Source of the DNA: Candidatus Pacearchaeota archaeon
GTDB taxonomy: Archaea > Nanobdellota > Nanobdellia > Pacearchaeales > GW2011-AR1
Reading direction: 5' to 3'
Length of the DNA stretch: 64,000 bases
Assembly: GCA_038885615.1 (NCBI GenBank)
Contig: JAVZZP010000001.1
Location: forward strand, 8,876-72,875
Shown here piece by piece: positions 18,399-26,887 of the stretch. Positions within the stretch are counted from its first letter, which is position 1, and the number at the start of each line of letters is the position of its first letter. A program made the translations under genes and the position numbers. Below the pieces are notes generated by a model. The model did not search any database, was not told the origin of the DNA, and was given only the letters and a program-made list of their open reading frames with translations.

Positions 18399-20300
18399 TT
18401 ATACTCTTCTGGCGAACTTTATCACAAGAACAATTATTATCAAAATAACTAAGACTATTATTGCTATTGTCAAATAGTATGTTAAATTCTCTTTAAGATT
18501 GTTATATGCTTTTGTAAAAAAGCTTTCCTCTGCTGGTTGTACTGAAACAGATATTCTCTGCTCTTTTGAATTTAAGCCATAAAGGATTTTAACATTAAAC
18601 TCTTGATTCCCTTCCTTTGTTGGAACAAAAGTCGCTTTTATTGTTCTAGATTGATTTGGTGCTAAAACAAAATTTGTTTCGTTTAATGAAGCAGATTTTG
18701 CCCAGCTTTCATAGTCATTTAAGCTTACAAAAATATTCTGTTGTGTTGATAAAGTATTTTTTATTGTTATTTCTACATCTAAGTTTGCTCCTACTTTTGT
18801 TTCTGTTCCATTAGCTAATCTTGCATTTATTAAAGGTTGCGAAGATGGTTTACATTTGTCCCCAGCAACTCTTACAGTATAAACACCCAAGTTTTCTGTT
18901 TGCCTATAAGCATCTAAGCTCTCTCTGTAATCATGCTCTAAATAAAATGTAATTCTATATGACTTTTCTTCTTTTCCTTCAGGCACAACAAAATTAAATG
19001 AAACAACTTCGTCTTTTTCCTCGTCTAGCTCAAATTGTTCTGAATAAAGATTTAAACCTAGCTCATTGCTATAAAGATTTACTCTCATTTTCTCGTCATC
19101 TCCTAGATTTAAATTAAAAACCCTTAAAGAAACAAAAGCTGGACTACCACAGCTTAAAAGAGAAGGCATCTCTAAGATTTCTGCAATAACATCTTCATCA
19201 AAGTCTATTTCTATTGTTTGATAGTCTGCATCACAAGTTTCTCTTTCAGAATTTCTTTCATATGCTTTAACATATAGTCTGTATCTTCCACCTTCTGATT
19301 TTAGATCAGCAGGAAGCTTAAAATCAAAATTAAACACTTCCTCATCATCGTCGCTAATTCTTATTGTTTGCTCCAATTCTTTTTCTCCGTCTTTAAGTTC
19401 AACAAATTTAGCTTTAACAGTATCATAAAGACCAATCTTAACAGTCACTCTTTTTGAAGAATCTGCTCTATTTTCAACTTCAATTCTTAAAGAAACTTCT
19501 TTTAATGGAGACCACTCCCAATCATCTCCTGAAGATCTGTCTTCTATTTCTGTAATTTTAATGTAACTAGAAGAATTCTCTCCGAATCTGCAATAAGATT
19601 TTTCAAATTTTATTTGACCTGCTGCTACAATGCTTCCAGAGGTTGCATTAAGGTTATTTGTGTATGAAGTTAAAGTAGTGCCAACATCAGAGGAATCAAC
19701 AAGAACAGTGTAACTCTTTGTTTCTCCGGCGTTTATTGTTTGTGCACCTGTCAAAAGAGTATATTTAACTGTTCCATTCTCTATTGTTAGAATAACATTC
19801 TCTAGTTGAGTATTTCCTGTATTTTTTACTTGTATTATTGTTGTATTTTTTCCTTCATAAACCACTATGGGAGAATTTAATATTTCTAAAGATGAAGATG
19901 CTTGAACATTTACTGCTATTTGACCTGTTTTTGTTTCATTATAAACACTATTATTTGTAGCATTTATTATATAATTAAAATTATAAACTCCTGGAGATAG
20001 ATGTGCTGGAATGGTTATAGAGTAACTTACATTCTTTTCTTCATTATAATTCAAAGAAAAAGGATCAGGAGAGTAAGAAAAACTTAAGTTTCCGTTTTGA
20101 CTTATTATTTTAACAGCGCTAAAATTGACAGAAGAATTTGTGTTTTTTATTGTTAAATAACCTGTAACAATAGAACTGTGATTTGCGTTTTTTGAAGTTT
20201 CTCCACTAATGCTAAAAGAAGATGCACTTGCTAAGCTAAACAAGCTTAATAAAACTAAAAAACTAAACATTCCGACGATAAACTTTTTTTTTCTTTCCAT
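18399..20300 (-). CDS. Secreted surface (glyco)protein with C-terminal TM anchor and basic tail
   Basis: Signal peptide MERKKKFIVGMFSFLVLLSLFSLASA. Many NxS/T sequons and beta-rich repeats. C-terminus YYLTIAIIVLVILIIIVLVIKFARRV. Confidence 0.6.
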   Translation of the reverse strand: MERKKKFIVGMFSFLVLLSLFSLASASSFSISGETSKNANHSSIVTGYLTIKNTNSSVNFSAVKIISQNGNLSFSYSPDPFSLNYNEEKNVSYSITIPAHLSPGVYNFNYIINATNNSVYNETKTGQIAVNVQASSSLEILNSPIVVYEGKNTTIIQVKNTGNTQLENVILTIENGTVKYTLLTGAQTINAGETKSYTVLVDSSDVGTTLTSYTNNLNATSGSIVAAGQIKFEKSYCRFGENSSSYIKITEIEDRSSGDDWEWSPLKEVSLRIEVENRADSSKRVTVKIGLYDTVKAKFVELKDGEKELEQTIRISDDDEEVFNFDFKLPADLKSEGGRYRLYVKAYERNSERETCDADYQTIEIDFDEDVIAEILEMPSLLSCGSPAFVSLRVFNLNLGDDEKMRVNLYSNELGLNLYSEQFELDEEKDEVVSFNFVVPEGKEEKSYRITFYLEHDYRESLDAYRQTENLGVYTVRVAGDKCKPSSQPLINARLANGTETKVGANLDVEITIKNTLSTQQNIFVSLNDYESWAKSASLNETNFVLAPNQSRTIKATFVPTKEGNQEFNVKILYGLNSKEQRISVSVQPAEESFFTKAYNNLKENLTYYLTIAIIVLVILIIIVLVIKFARRV

Positions 20301-20326
20301 GATGTAATTCTATAGTTACAACACCT

Positions 20327-20368
20327 TTATAAATCTTTCGGTTTTGGGATTTCATAAAGTTTATAAAA
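20327..20368. promoter_or_regulatory. Divergent pair of TATA boxes
   Basis: TTTATAAATC at 20327-20336 lies 27 nt from the minus-strand ATG at 20300. TTTATAAAA at 20360-20368 lies 21 nt from the plus-strand ATG at 20389. Confidence 0.5.
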
Positions 20369-20388
20369 ACTAAGATACAATAAAAAGA

Positions 20389-20760
20389 ATGGTTAAATCA
20401 AAGGAAAACTTGCTTGGGGCATATGCTTTTTTAATAGGAGTAATCTTAGCAGTTCTTGTTGGAATTCTGCAAACTACTTTAGACATAAGAAGCAGCGGCA
20501 TTCCCTATATATTATTGGTAATTCTAGGAGTAGGTGTTGGTTTATTCAACTTTAATGAGAAAGATTCTTTTACTTTTTTAGTTGCTTCTTTGTCTTTAGT
20601 AATAGTCAGCGGTTTCGGACAAACTGCTTTAGTTTATGTTTCAAAAGTTCCAATATTATCTTCTTTAAGCGATATTCTTGCTGCCTTAATGGTAATGTTT
20701 GTTCCAGCAACAATAATAGTAGCTTTAAAAACGGTTTTCAGCATAGCAAGCATAAGATAA
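20389..20760 (+). CDS. Small multi-pass membrane protein (paralog of 3356..3745)
   Basis: Same length class and topology as the other copy. Shared motif G(V/L)GLFNFNEKDSFTFLVAS. Confidence 0.6.
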   Translation: MVKSKENLLGAYAFLIGVILAVLVGILQTTLDIRSSGIPYILLVILGVGVGLFNFNEKDSFTFLVASLSLVIVSGFGQTALVYVSKVPILSSLSDILAALMVMFVPATIIVALKTVFSIASIR

Positions 20761-20930
20761 TAAACTCGCCATAAATGCTCTTAAAAAATTGGCAAAAGCA
20801 AAAAGTTTCTAACAATATTTCTTCTTGCTCCGATGAAATAATTTTATATGGTTGATAAATTTTCTTTCTCCGATTTTGAACAGATTAAAAAATTTTAATC
20901 AAGAATAAACCTTATCTCTGCTATTAAAGT

Positions 20931-21323
20931 TCAATCAAAAGTTTCTAGCTCTGTTGGCCTTTTTTTAGGTTCTTCGGTAACAGACCCTTTTTGAATTTTT
21001 GCAAAAGGTGGAGCAGCAATAACTGTTGTTTCTCCAAAACCTGCAATAGAACCCTCCATTGCTTCAACAGTTTTCTTTATTTTAGAAACTGCTCTTTTTA
21101 GTTCAACAACATCTTTGTTCTTTAGAAATTTTGTGTCTATAACAGCAATGGTATAACCCTCTCTGAGGGCATTAAGAATATTATTAACATCCTCATAAGC
21201 TTTTAGTGTGAATGTTTTAACAAAAACTTTTGATTCCTGAACTTTAACATTTTGATCTATCTCTATAAAATCAGGGCTCTCTCCATCTTCTCTCTCTTTT
21301 TTTTTGAAAAAATTGAAAACCAT
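20931..21323 (-). CDS. sepF: Cell division protein SepF (archaeal FtsZ anchor)
   Basis: DUF552/SepF core: VKTFTLKAYEDVNNILNALREGYTIAVIDTKFL...AVSKIKKTVEAMEGSIAGFGETTVIAAP. Confidence 0.7.
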   Translation of the reverse strand: MVFNFFKKKEREDGESPDFIEIDQNVKVQESKVFVKTFTLKAYEDVNNILNALREGYTIAVIDTKFLKNKDVVELKRAVSKIKKTVEAMEGSIAGFGETTVIAAPPFAKIQKGSVTEEPKKRPTELETFD

Positions 21324-21357
21324 ATTAAAATTAAAAAATAATAGTATTTAAACTTTT

Positions 21358-21720
21358 TTATATTTTTGTGTTATTTATTTCATTCATAATTTCTCTTTGT
21401 AGATCTTCCATTCTTTCTACATAATCCTTTTCTTGTTTTTCAAGATTTTTTATTCGAAGAGAAAGAACTTCCTTTTTATTGGCAATTTCCTCTAATATCT
21501 TCTCTCTATTAATCTTAATAATGTACTGACCAGCAATAATCTTAAATGTTTCCCCCTCGTATTTTTCTAAATCCTTCAAAGAATTCTCCAATTCTTCTAT
21601 TTCAAGAGAAATTGCTTGTTTTTCAAGAAGCAACTGTTGAAAGTTTTGCTCATAAATCTGTATTTGCTGAATTTTTTTTCTTGTTTCTCCGCTTAAATTA
21701 TCAAAAGAAACCTCGGTCAT
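21358..21720 (-). CDS. pfdB: Prefoldin beta subunit
   Basis: 120 aa. Coiled coil, then the beta-hairpin segment ETFKIIAGQYIIKINREK, then coiled coil. Confidence 0.8.
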   Translation of the reverse strand: MTEVSFDNLSGETRKKIQQIQIYEQNFQQLLLEKQAISLEIEELENSLKDLEKYEGETFKIIAGQYIIKINREKILEEIANKKEVLSLRIKNLEKQEKDYVERMEDLQREIMNEINNTKI

Positions 21721-21857
21721 TAATCTGTTTTGACAACTTTCGGTTTATTTCGCGGTTTAAAAAAAATCCTAGACCCGCATTTAGGACATAAAAATCTTTT
21801 TTCTAGAACTTCATCTTTTACCTTCTCCCCGCAGTCCAAACATCTATATGTAACCAT
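21720..21857 (-). CDS. rpoP: DNA-directed RNA polymerase subunit P (Rpo12)
   Basis: Own translation: MVTYRCLDCGEKVKDEVLEKRFLCPKCGSRIFFKPRNKPKVVKTD. It is a CxxC...CxxC zinc ribbon, 45 aa, and too short for the ORF track. Confidence 0.75.
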   Translation of the reverse strand: MVTYRCLDCGEKVKDEVLEKRFLCPKCGSRIFFKPRNKPKVVKTD

Positions 21858-21878
21858 ATTTTTAATAAAAAAAGAAAG

Positions 21879-22100
21879 TTATTTAAAACTTTCCAAAAAA
21901 TAAGTACCTCCTGAAAATTTTTTTCCACAAGTTTCACATTGCCATACTCCGGCAAAAACTCTTCTTGTTCTCCCCTTACAAAAAACGCATTTTTGTTTTT
22001 TTCTTTGTTTTTCTTCGATTAGAACCAATCTTTCTTTTGGCTTACCATAACCAACGCCAAATCTTCCAGCAGATTTAACCTTCTTTGTTTTTGCTCCCAT
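21879..22100 (-). CDS. rpl37ae: Ribosomal protein L37Ae (eL43)
   Basis: AGRFGVGYG...CVFCKG...GVWQCETCGKKFSGGTY. Confidence 0.85.
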   Translation of the reverse strand: MGAKTKKVKSAGRFGVGYGKPKERLVLIEEKQRKKQKCVFCKGRTRRVFAGVWQCETCGKKFSGGTYFLESFK

Positions 22101-22138
22101 AAAGATTATGTTAAAACTGGCTTTTTAAATTTTTGTAA

Positions 22139-22212
22139 TGGGGTTACCCGGATTTGAACCGGGATCACAAGCTCCCAAAGCTCGTAGGCTAACCAGGTTA
22201 CCCCATAACCCC
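22139..22212 (-). tRNA. tRNA-Pro (TGG)
   Basis: Minus-strand read: acceptor GGGGTTA/TAACCCC, anticodon arm CGAGC-TTTGGGA-GCTTG, T arm CCGGT-TCAAATC-CGGG. Confidence 0.9.
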
Positions 22213-22248
22213 TAGAAAATTTAAAGAAAAATAGTTTTTAAAGTTAAT

Positions 22249-22854
22249 TTATTTTTTTGTAGGATCAGTTACTCTAACTATAAACAAAATATTTCCTGTT
22301 CCTTTTTCTTGAATTATAAATATGAATGGATGGTCTGCTCTGAATACGCTTCTTGGCATCGCGGCAGTCGCCCTCATTCCAACTGCTGTTGCGGCTGCTG
22401 CTTCTGTACCTTTTTCATCGACTTTAACAAATGCTTGATGAATTACTTGGCTAATTTGCAGGTTTGCTGTTCCGTCCATTCCAAAGAAATCGGCTACGCC
22501 AAATGCATTAGGCATGCCAATAGCACTTAATGTCTTTCATAAAGTATTTGGTATCAAATTCAAATTTTGGAAGCGATATTGAATCAAGTTTTGTTTCTTT
22601 CATCTGTGATTGTATTCATTCATTTTTTCAGCAGATAATTCTATATCTTTAAGAGTATAATTATAGACAATTCTTTCTCCTGTTTCATAATCATAATATT
22701 CCCCTTGTTTTGGCAATAAAATCAACATTGAAATATTTACTCCCTTGTAAGACAATTCTAAAATTTGTAGTTTTTCTAAATCAGCATAACTAAATGTTGC
22801 TTTATTTGGCCCCATACTCATCATTTGAACCTTAACAATGTTTGAAGGAGTCAT
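22249..22854 (-). pseudogene. Serpin remnant (C-terminal half only, frameshifted)
   Basis: Fragments VKVQMMSM...LQILELSYKG.NISMLILLP and LPKFEFDTKY, then ADFFGM...LQISQVIHQAFVKVDEKGTEAAAATAVG...FRADHPFIFIIQ...ILFIVRVTDP (hinge and C-terminal serpin signature). The N-terminal ~200 aa are missing. Confidence 0.7.
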
Positions 22855-22917
22855 TTTTAAAATTCTAAAGATATACTAATATTTTATAAAAATCTTCCTA
22901 AAATTTTATCTCTTTTC

Positions 22918-23574
22918 TTATTTTTTCTGAGGGTTTTGTGATGGAGTTTGCGCTCCTTGTTGTTGTGTCGCTTGAGCTTTCTTTGCTTCTTCAGCAGCTT
23001 TTGCTTCTTCTTCAGCTTTCTTTCTGGCGTCTTGCTCTGTCTTAATCTTAGAGAAAAATGCCTTTAGTTCTTGCATCTTTTCTTTAGAAGCTTCTGTCTT
23101 CTGAGATGAAATCTCTTTGTCATATTTGCCCTGTTTAACTTCTTCAATAACTTCTTTTGGGTCTTTGCTCTCAACTAAAAAACCTGCTGACATTGCGCTT
23201 CCTAAAACACTTAAAAGCGCTTTCTTAAAATCTTTGGCTAATAAATTGGGATATTTCTGTTGAGTAACGGAGATTATTTGTTCTATTGCTAAATTTCCAC
23301 ATTGATATTTCTTCCTCTCTCCAGAGGCAAGTTCTATACCTGCTTCTTTTTTTAACAAAGCAGAAACTGGTGGAGACAAAACCTCTACCTTAAATTCTTT
23401 TGTCTTTGGATTAACATCAAGAACAACCGGAACTTGCATACCTGAAAAATTTTTAGTAGCAGAATTAACCTCAGAGATAACTTTTCCCATATTAATTCCT
23501 AATGGACCTATTTGCTGAGCTATTGCTGGCCCAGGTTTCATATTACCGCCATCAACAAGAAGTTTTATTTTCAT
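22918..23574 (-). CDS. rpl11: Ribosomal protein L11 (uL11) with a low-complexity C-terminal extension
   Basis: KLLVDGGNMKPGPAIAQQIGPLGINMGKV... is the uL11 core. The last ~60 aa are K/E/A/Q-rich. Confidence 0.9.
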   Translation of the reverse strand: MKIKLLVDGGNMKPGPAIAQQIGPLGINMGKVISEVNSATKNFSGMQVPVVLDVNPKTKEFKVEVLSPPVSALLKKEAGIELASGERKKYQCGNLAIEQIISVTQQKYPNLLAKDFKKALLSVLGSAMSAGFLVESKDPKEVIEEVKQGKYDKEISSQKTEASKEKMQELKAFFSKIKTEQDARKKAEEEAKAAEEAKKAQATQQQGAQTPSQNPQKK

Positions 23575-23604
23575 GTCCTTAAAAAAGAGAAAGGTTTTTT
23601 AAAA

Positions 23605-24228
23605 TTAACTTTTTTCCTCCCCCTCCTTTCTTATTACTCTAACATTATCTATTTTTACACTAACTGGCAAGGGTATGACTGCATTCAATAAAGAAACGAC
23701 AATTTCTCCCTTAAGTTTATCTACTCTAACAACCTTAGCTTGTTCTTTCTTAAAAGGTTCTCCAATTATTTCAACTATATCATTCTTTTCTATATTAATT
23801 TCTTGAATTGCAGGTTCAACCATATTCCTTATTTCATCATAGGAAAGATCTTTTGACAAGATTTCTTTTGTGTAAGGCAAGTTGTAGCATGCCTCTTCAG
23901 CGTTCTCCTTGTCTTTTGCCTCAATTATAAGATAACCTCTTAACCCATGCGGTCTAACCAATGAATAAACTTCTAAGTTCTTAGATTTAATCCTATCCGA
24001 AATCATCTCAAAAGATTTTTTCTCTTTGCCTGCACTAACTTTTACAACAAAAATAAAAGATTCTTTTTTTTGTTCTTCAATGGGAAGTTCTTCTTTCTTT
24101 TCTTCTATTTCAATTATCTTTTTTTCCTCGGTAATTTCTTTTATGCTACTATTTTTATCCTCTTCTGGTTTTTCCTTCCCTTCTCCAAGATACTCAAAAT
24201 CTTCAAAATTTAGTCCCATTAGTTCCAA
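23605..24228 (-). CDS. spt5: Transcription elongation factor Spt5 (NusG) with an acidic N-terminal extension
   Basis: NGN domain FIFVVKVSAGKEK...RGYLIIEA. KOW domain IVEIIGEPFKKEQAKVVRVD. About 55 extra E/K-rich residues at the N-terminus. Confidence 0.85.
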   Translation of the reverse strand: MELMGLNFEDFEYLGEGKEKPEEDKNSSIKEITEEKKIIEIEEKKEELPIEEQKKESFIFVVKVSAGKEKKSFEMISDRIKSKNLEVYSLVRPHGLRGYLIIEAKDKENAEEACYNLPYTKEILSKDLSYDEIRNMVEPAIQEINIEKNDIVEIIGEPFKKEQAKVVRVDKLKGEIVVSLLNAVIPLPVSVKIDNVRVIRKEGEEKS

Positions 24229-24286
24229 CTAACTCTTAAATATTTAAGAATTAGCTTAAAAAGATAAAAGAAAGTAGTTTAAAAAT

Positions 24287-24466
24287 CTATCGCTTTAAAA
24301 AAATAAAGAGAAGATTTATAAAAAAGCCTATCGCACCAAGCACTAAAACACCAATAGCAGAAACCTTTGTAATAAGCTTTAATTCCTCAACAGAAGGTTT
24401 TTTCATAACTCTCCATAACCTAAGATATTGCTCTTTTTGATTTCTTAAAAATGAACCAATTCCCAT
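24287..24466 (-). CDS. secE: Protein translocase subunit SecE (Sec61 gamma)
   Basis: Own base-by-base translation: MGIGSFLRNQKEQYLRLWRVMKKPSVEELKLITKVSAIGVLVLGAIGFFINLLFIFLKR. It has a single C-terminal TM and sits in the conserved position upstream of spt5. Confidence 0.7.
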   Translation of the reverse strand: MGIGSFLRNQKEQYLRLWRVMKKPSVEELKLITKVSAIGVLVLGAIGFFINLLFIFLKR

Positions 24467-24496
24467 AATAATTTCTATGAAGAGATATTTATAAAT

Positions 24497-25585
24497 TTAT
24501 TCTTCCAAAAATTCTATTCCAAGCTCGTTTGACATTTCTTCTTTTCTTCTTTCTTCTAGCGACTTCTTCTCCCCTACTATTTGGCTGCTCTTTACACCTG
24601 TAATAATCAGCATAACTCTTAATGTGCCCTCTAAATCCTTTGAAATTTGTGCTCCAGAAATAATCTTTGCGTCAGGAGAAAGTTTCTCTCCTACCAATTC
24701 TATAACTTTTTTATATTCTGCCAAAGACAAATCTTCACCGCCGATAACATTTATCAAGGCACCTGTTCCGTTAGATATATCTGCATCCAAAAGAGGATTA
24801 GAAATAGCTTTCTCTACTGCTTCGACCGCCCTATTTTTTGACTCATCTTCACCTATGCTTATAAGGGAAACTCCGCCGCCAGACATAACTGTCTTCACAT
24901 CAGCAAAATCCAAATTTACAAGACCTGTTTTTGTTACAAGCTCTGTAATTCCCTTTACCCCATTAGTTAAAATTTCATCAGCAATTTTAAAAGCAGTTGA
25001 CAAAGGCAAATCAGGAGCAAGTTCTAAAAGTTTATCATTAGGAATTATTATCAAAGTATCAACTATAGACTCTAATTTCTCTAGTGCCTCATAGGCATTT
25101 TCTAATCTTTTTTTTCCTTCAACTGTGAAAGGCAACGTAACAACACCTATTGTTAAAGCACCATTCTTTTTTGCTATATCTGCAACTACAGGAGCAGCAC
25201 CGCTTCCCGTTCCACCACCGAGCCCGCATGTTATAAAAACCATCTCTGCCCCTTCTAAACTTTTTTTTATCTCGTGAGATTGCTCTTTTGCTGCTTCCGC
25301 GCCAATTCTTGGGTTCGAACCTGCGCCGAGCCCTTTTGAAATTTCCTTGCCGATAAGAATTTTAAAATCCGCATCAGTATAAAGAAGATCTTGTGCATCG
25401 GTATTTATCGCAATAATTTCTGCCCCCTTAATCCCGACTTCCTTCATACGAGAAATGCTATTATTTCCAGCACCACCAATACCAATAACCTTTATTCTAG
25501 CTGTTTGTTTTTTAAGAAATTCCTCTAATTCTTTATCGAATTCCGTTTGTGGAGAAAAATTGCCTCTTTCTTTTATATAAGCCAT
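24497..25585 (-). CDS. ftsZ: Cell division GTPase FtsZ
   Basis: GIGGAGNN, the tubulin signature [15 protein letters not shown], and T7 loop NLDFADV. Confidence 0.95.
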   Translation of the reverse strand: MAYIKERGNFSPQTEFDKELEEFLKKQTARIKVIGIGGAGNNSISRMKEVGIKGAEIIAINTDAQDLLYTDADFKILIGKEISKGLGAGSNPRIGAEAAKEQSHEIKKSLEGAEMVFITCGLGGGTGSGAAPVVADIAKKNGALTIGVVTLPFTVEGKKRLENAYEALEKLESIVDTLIIIPNDKLLELAPDLPLSTAFKIADEILTNGVKGITELVTKTGLVNLDFADVKTVMSGGGVSLISIGEDESKNRAVEAVEKAISNPLLDADISNGTGALINVIGGEDLSLAEYKKVIELVGEKLSPDAKIISGAQISKDLEGTLRVMLIITGVKSSQIVGEKKSLEERRKEEMSNELGIEFLEE

Positions 25586-25624
25586 AATTAAACTAAGAAA
25601 CCACTATTTAAAAGCATTTGTAAA

Positions 25625-26251
25625 TTAAACTTTAACAATCTCCAAGGACAAGCCCAAAATTTCCTCAAATCTCCTTCTTAATGCTTCAAACAAGGGCAAA
25701 AAATTTTTCTCTACTTTAACAACTGCCTTATCTTCTTTTATCTCACTTTCAAAAACCTTATTGAAAAAATATTCTTGTAATGAGTCTAGTTGCTCTTTTT
25801 TGTTATCAATTTTTTTCAGAACTTTAAACTCATAACTGATATCCTTTCCAGCAAGAGGATTATTAAAATCAACTAAAACTCTTCCGCCAGAAACAGAAAT
25901 AATTCTTCCGAGATTTCCATCGAAAGAAAATTGCATTCCTTTAACAGGCGATATTCCTTGTTCTCTAAAGTTTCTTATAGAAATCATCTTAACTAACAAA
26001 GGATTTCTTTTGCCAAAAGCTTTCTCTGATTTTATCTCTATGACATAGTCTTTTCCAATTTCCTTTCCAACAATTTCATCTTCAAAGGATTTTAAAATCA
26101 AACCGAAACCAAGAGGAATTTTTAATGGTTTTAAGTCCTCCTTACCGAAGAGTTTTGAATGTTCTTTTTTAGTGCTATCAAAAATTTCCCCCTCTTTGGT
26201 TTTAGCTACAAATTCTATTTCAATAAAATCTTTTTCTTTAATTTTTTCCAT
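25625..26251 (-). CDS. FKBP-type peptidyl-prolyl cis-trans isomerase (long archaeal SlyD-like type)
   Basis: FDST...PLKIPLGFG.ILKSFEDEIVGKEIG...VDFNNPLAGKDISYEFKV. Confidence 0.85.
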   Translation of the reverse strand: MEKIKEKDFIEIEFVAKTKEGEIFDSTKKEHSKLFGKEDLKPLKIPLGFGLILKSFEDEIVGKEIGKDYVIEIKSEKAFGKRNPLLVKMISIRNFREQGISPVKGMQFSFDGNLGRIISVSGGRVLVDFNNPLAGKDISYEFKVLKKIDNKKEQLDSLQEYFFNKVFESEIKEDKAVVKVEKNFLPLFEALRRRFEEILGLSLEIVKV

Positions 26252-26332
26252 AAAAAGAATTCCAAAAATGGCTTTTTAAGATTTTGCAAAATCAAGAGAA
26301 ACCTTTTTAAATAAACTTTTTTTAAGATTTTT

Positions 26333-26722
26333 ATGGTTTTAAAAGTCGTATCCGCAACAGAACTAAGGGTCGGGAGTTATGTTCTCATAGAAGGAGAAGG
26401 TTATTGCATAAAATCAATGGAAGTTTCTAAAACCGGAAAACATGGTGCCAGCAAATGCCGAATGGAAGCAGTTTCGGTGATAGACGGAAAGAAAAAAGTT
26501 TTAATGTGCCCAGGGCATGAAAGATTTGAAGTTCCAATGATTGACAAAAGAAAAGCACAAGTTCTTTCAATATCGGGGAATAAAGTAAACATAATGGACA
26601 GCGAAAGTTTTGAAAATTTTGAGTTAGATTTAAATGAAGAAGTAAAAGAAAATATTGCTGAAGGAAAAGAAGTTGAATATTGGGATGTTGAAGGAACTAA
26701 AATTTTAAAAAGAGTTTTATAG
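26333..26722 (+). CDS. eif5a: Translation initiation factor 5A (aIF5A)
   Basis: Hypusine loop SKTGKHGASKCRMEA; 129 aa. Confidence 0.9.
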   Translation: MVLKVVSATELRVGSYVLIEGEGYCIKSMEVSKTGKHGASKCRMEAVSVIDGKKKVLMCPGHERFEVPMIDKRKAQVLSISGNKVNIMDSESFENFELDLNEEVKENIAEGKEVEYWDVEGTKILKRVL

Positions 26723-26887
26723 ATGGCTACAAAAATTCCTGCAGCTCAGAGGAGATTATTTAAAAATCTTTTTTTTTGCAAAGTTTGCAAACAGAAAATA
26801 AGGATTGACCCCTCAAAGATATTAAGCGGAAAAGTTTCTTGCAGAAGATGTAAATCAAAAAGTTTTAGAGCTGCAAGAAAAAAATGA
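26723..26887 (+). CDS. rpl40e: Ribosomal protein L40e (eL40)
   Basis: Own translation: MATKIPAAQRRLFKNLFFCKVCKQKIRIDPSKILSGKVSCRRCKSKSFRAARKK. C..C...C..C zinc ribbon with a basic tail. Its stop overlaps the next ATG. Confidence 0.7.
   Translation: MATKIPAAQRRLFKNLFFCKVCKQKIRIDPSKILSGKVSCRRCKSKSFRAARKK

Noticed and set aside
24624-25094. 156-aa and other long ORFs antisense to ftsZ, gyrA, gyrB, the S-layer gene, tyrS, infB and others (for example 7514..7747, 9384..9671, 10833..11057, 11178..11432, 14632..15009, 42563..42976, 54331..54684).
   Set aside because: They lie fully inside strongly supported genes on the opposite strand. Their composition is S/F/I-rich and low-complexity, as expected from reading K/E-rich genes backwards. 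No motifs were seen.
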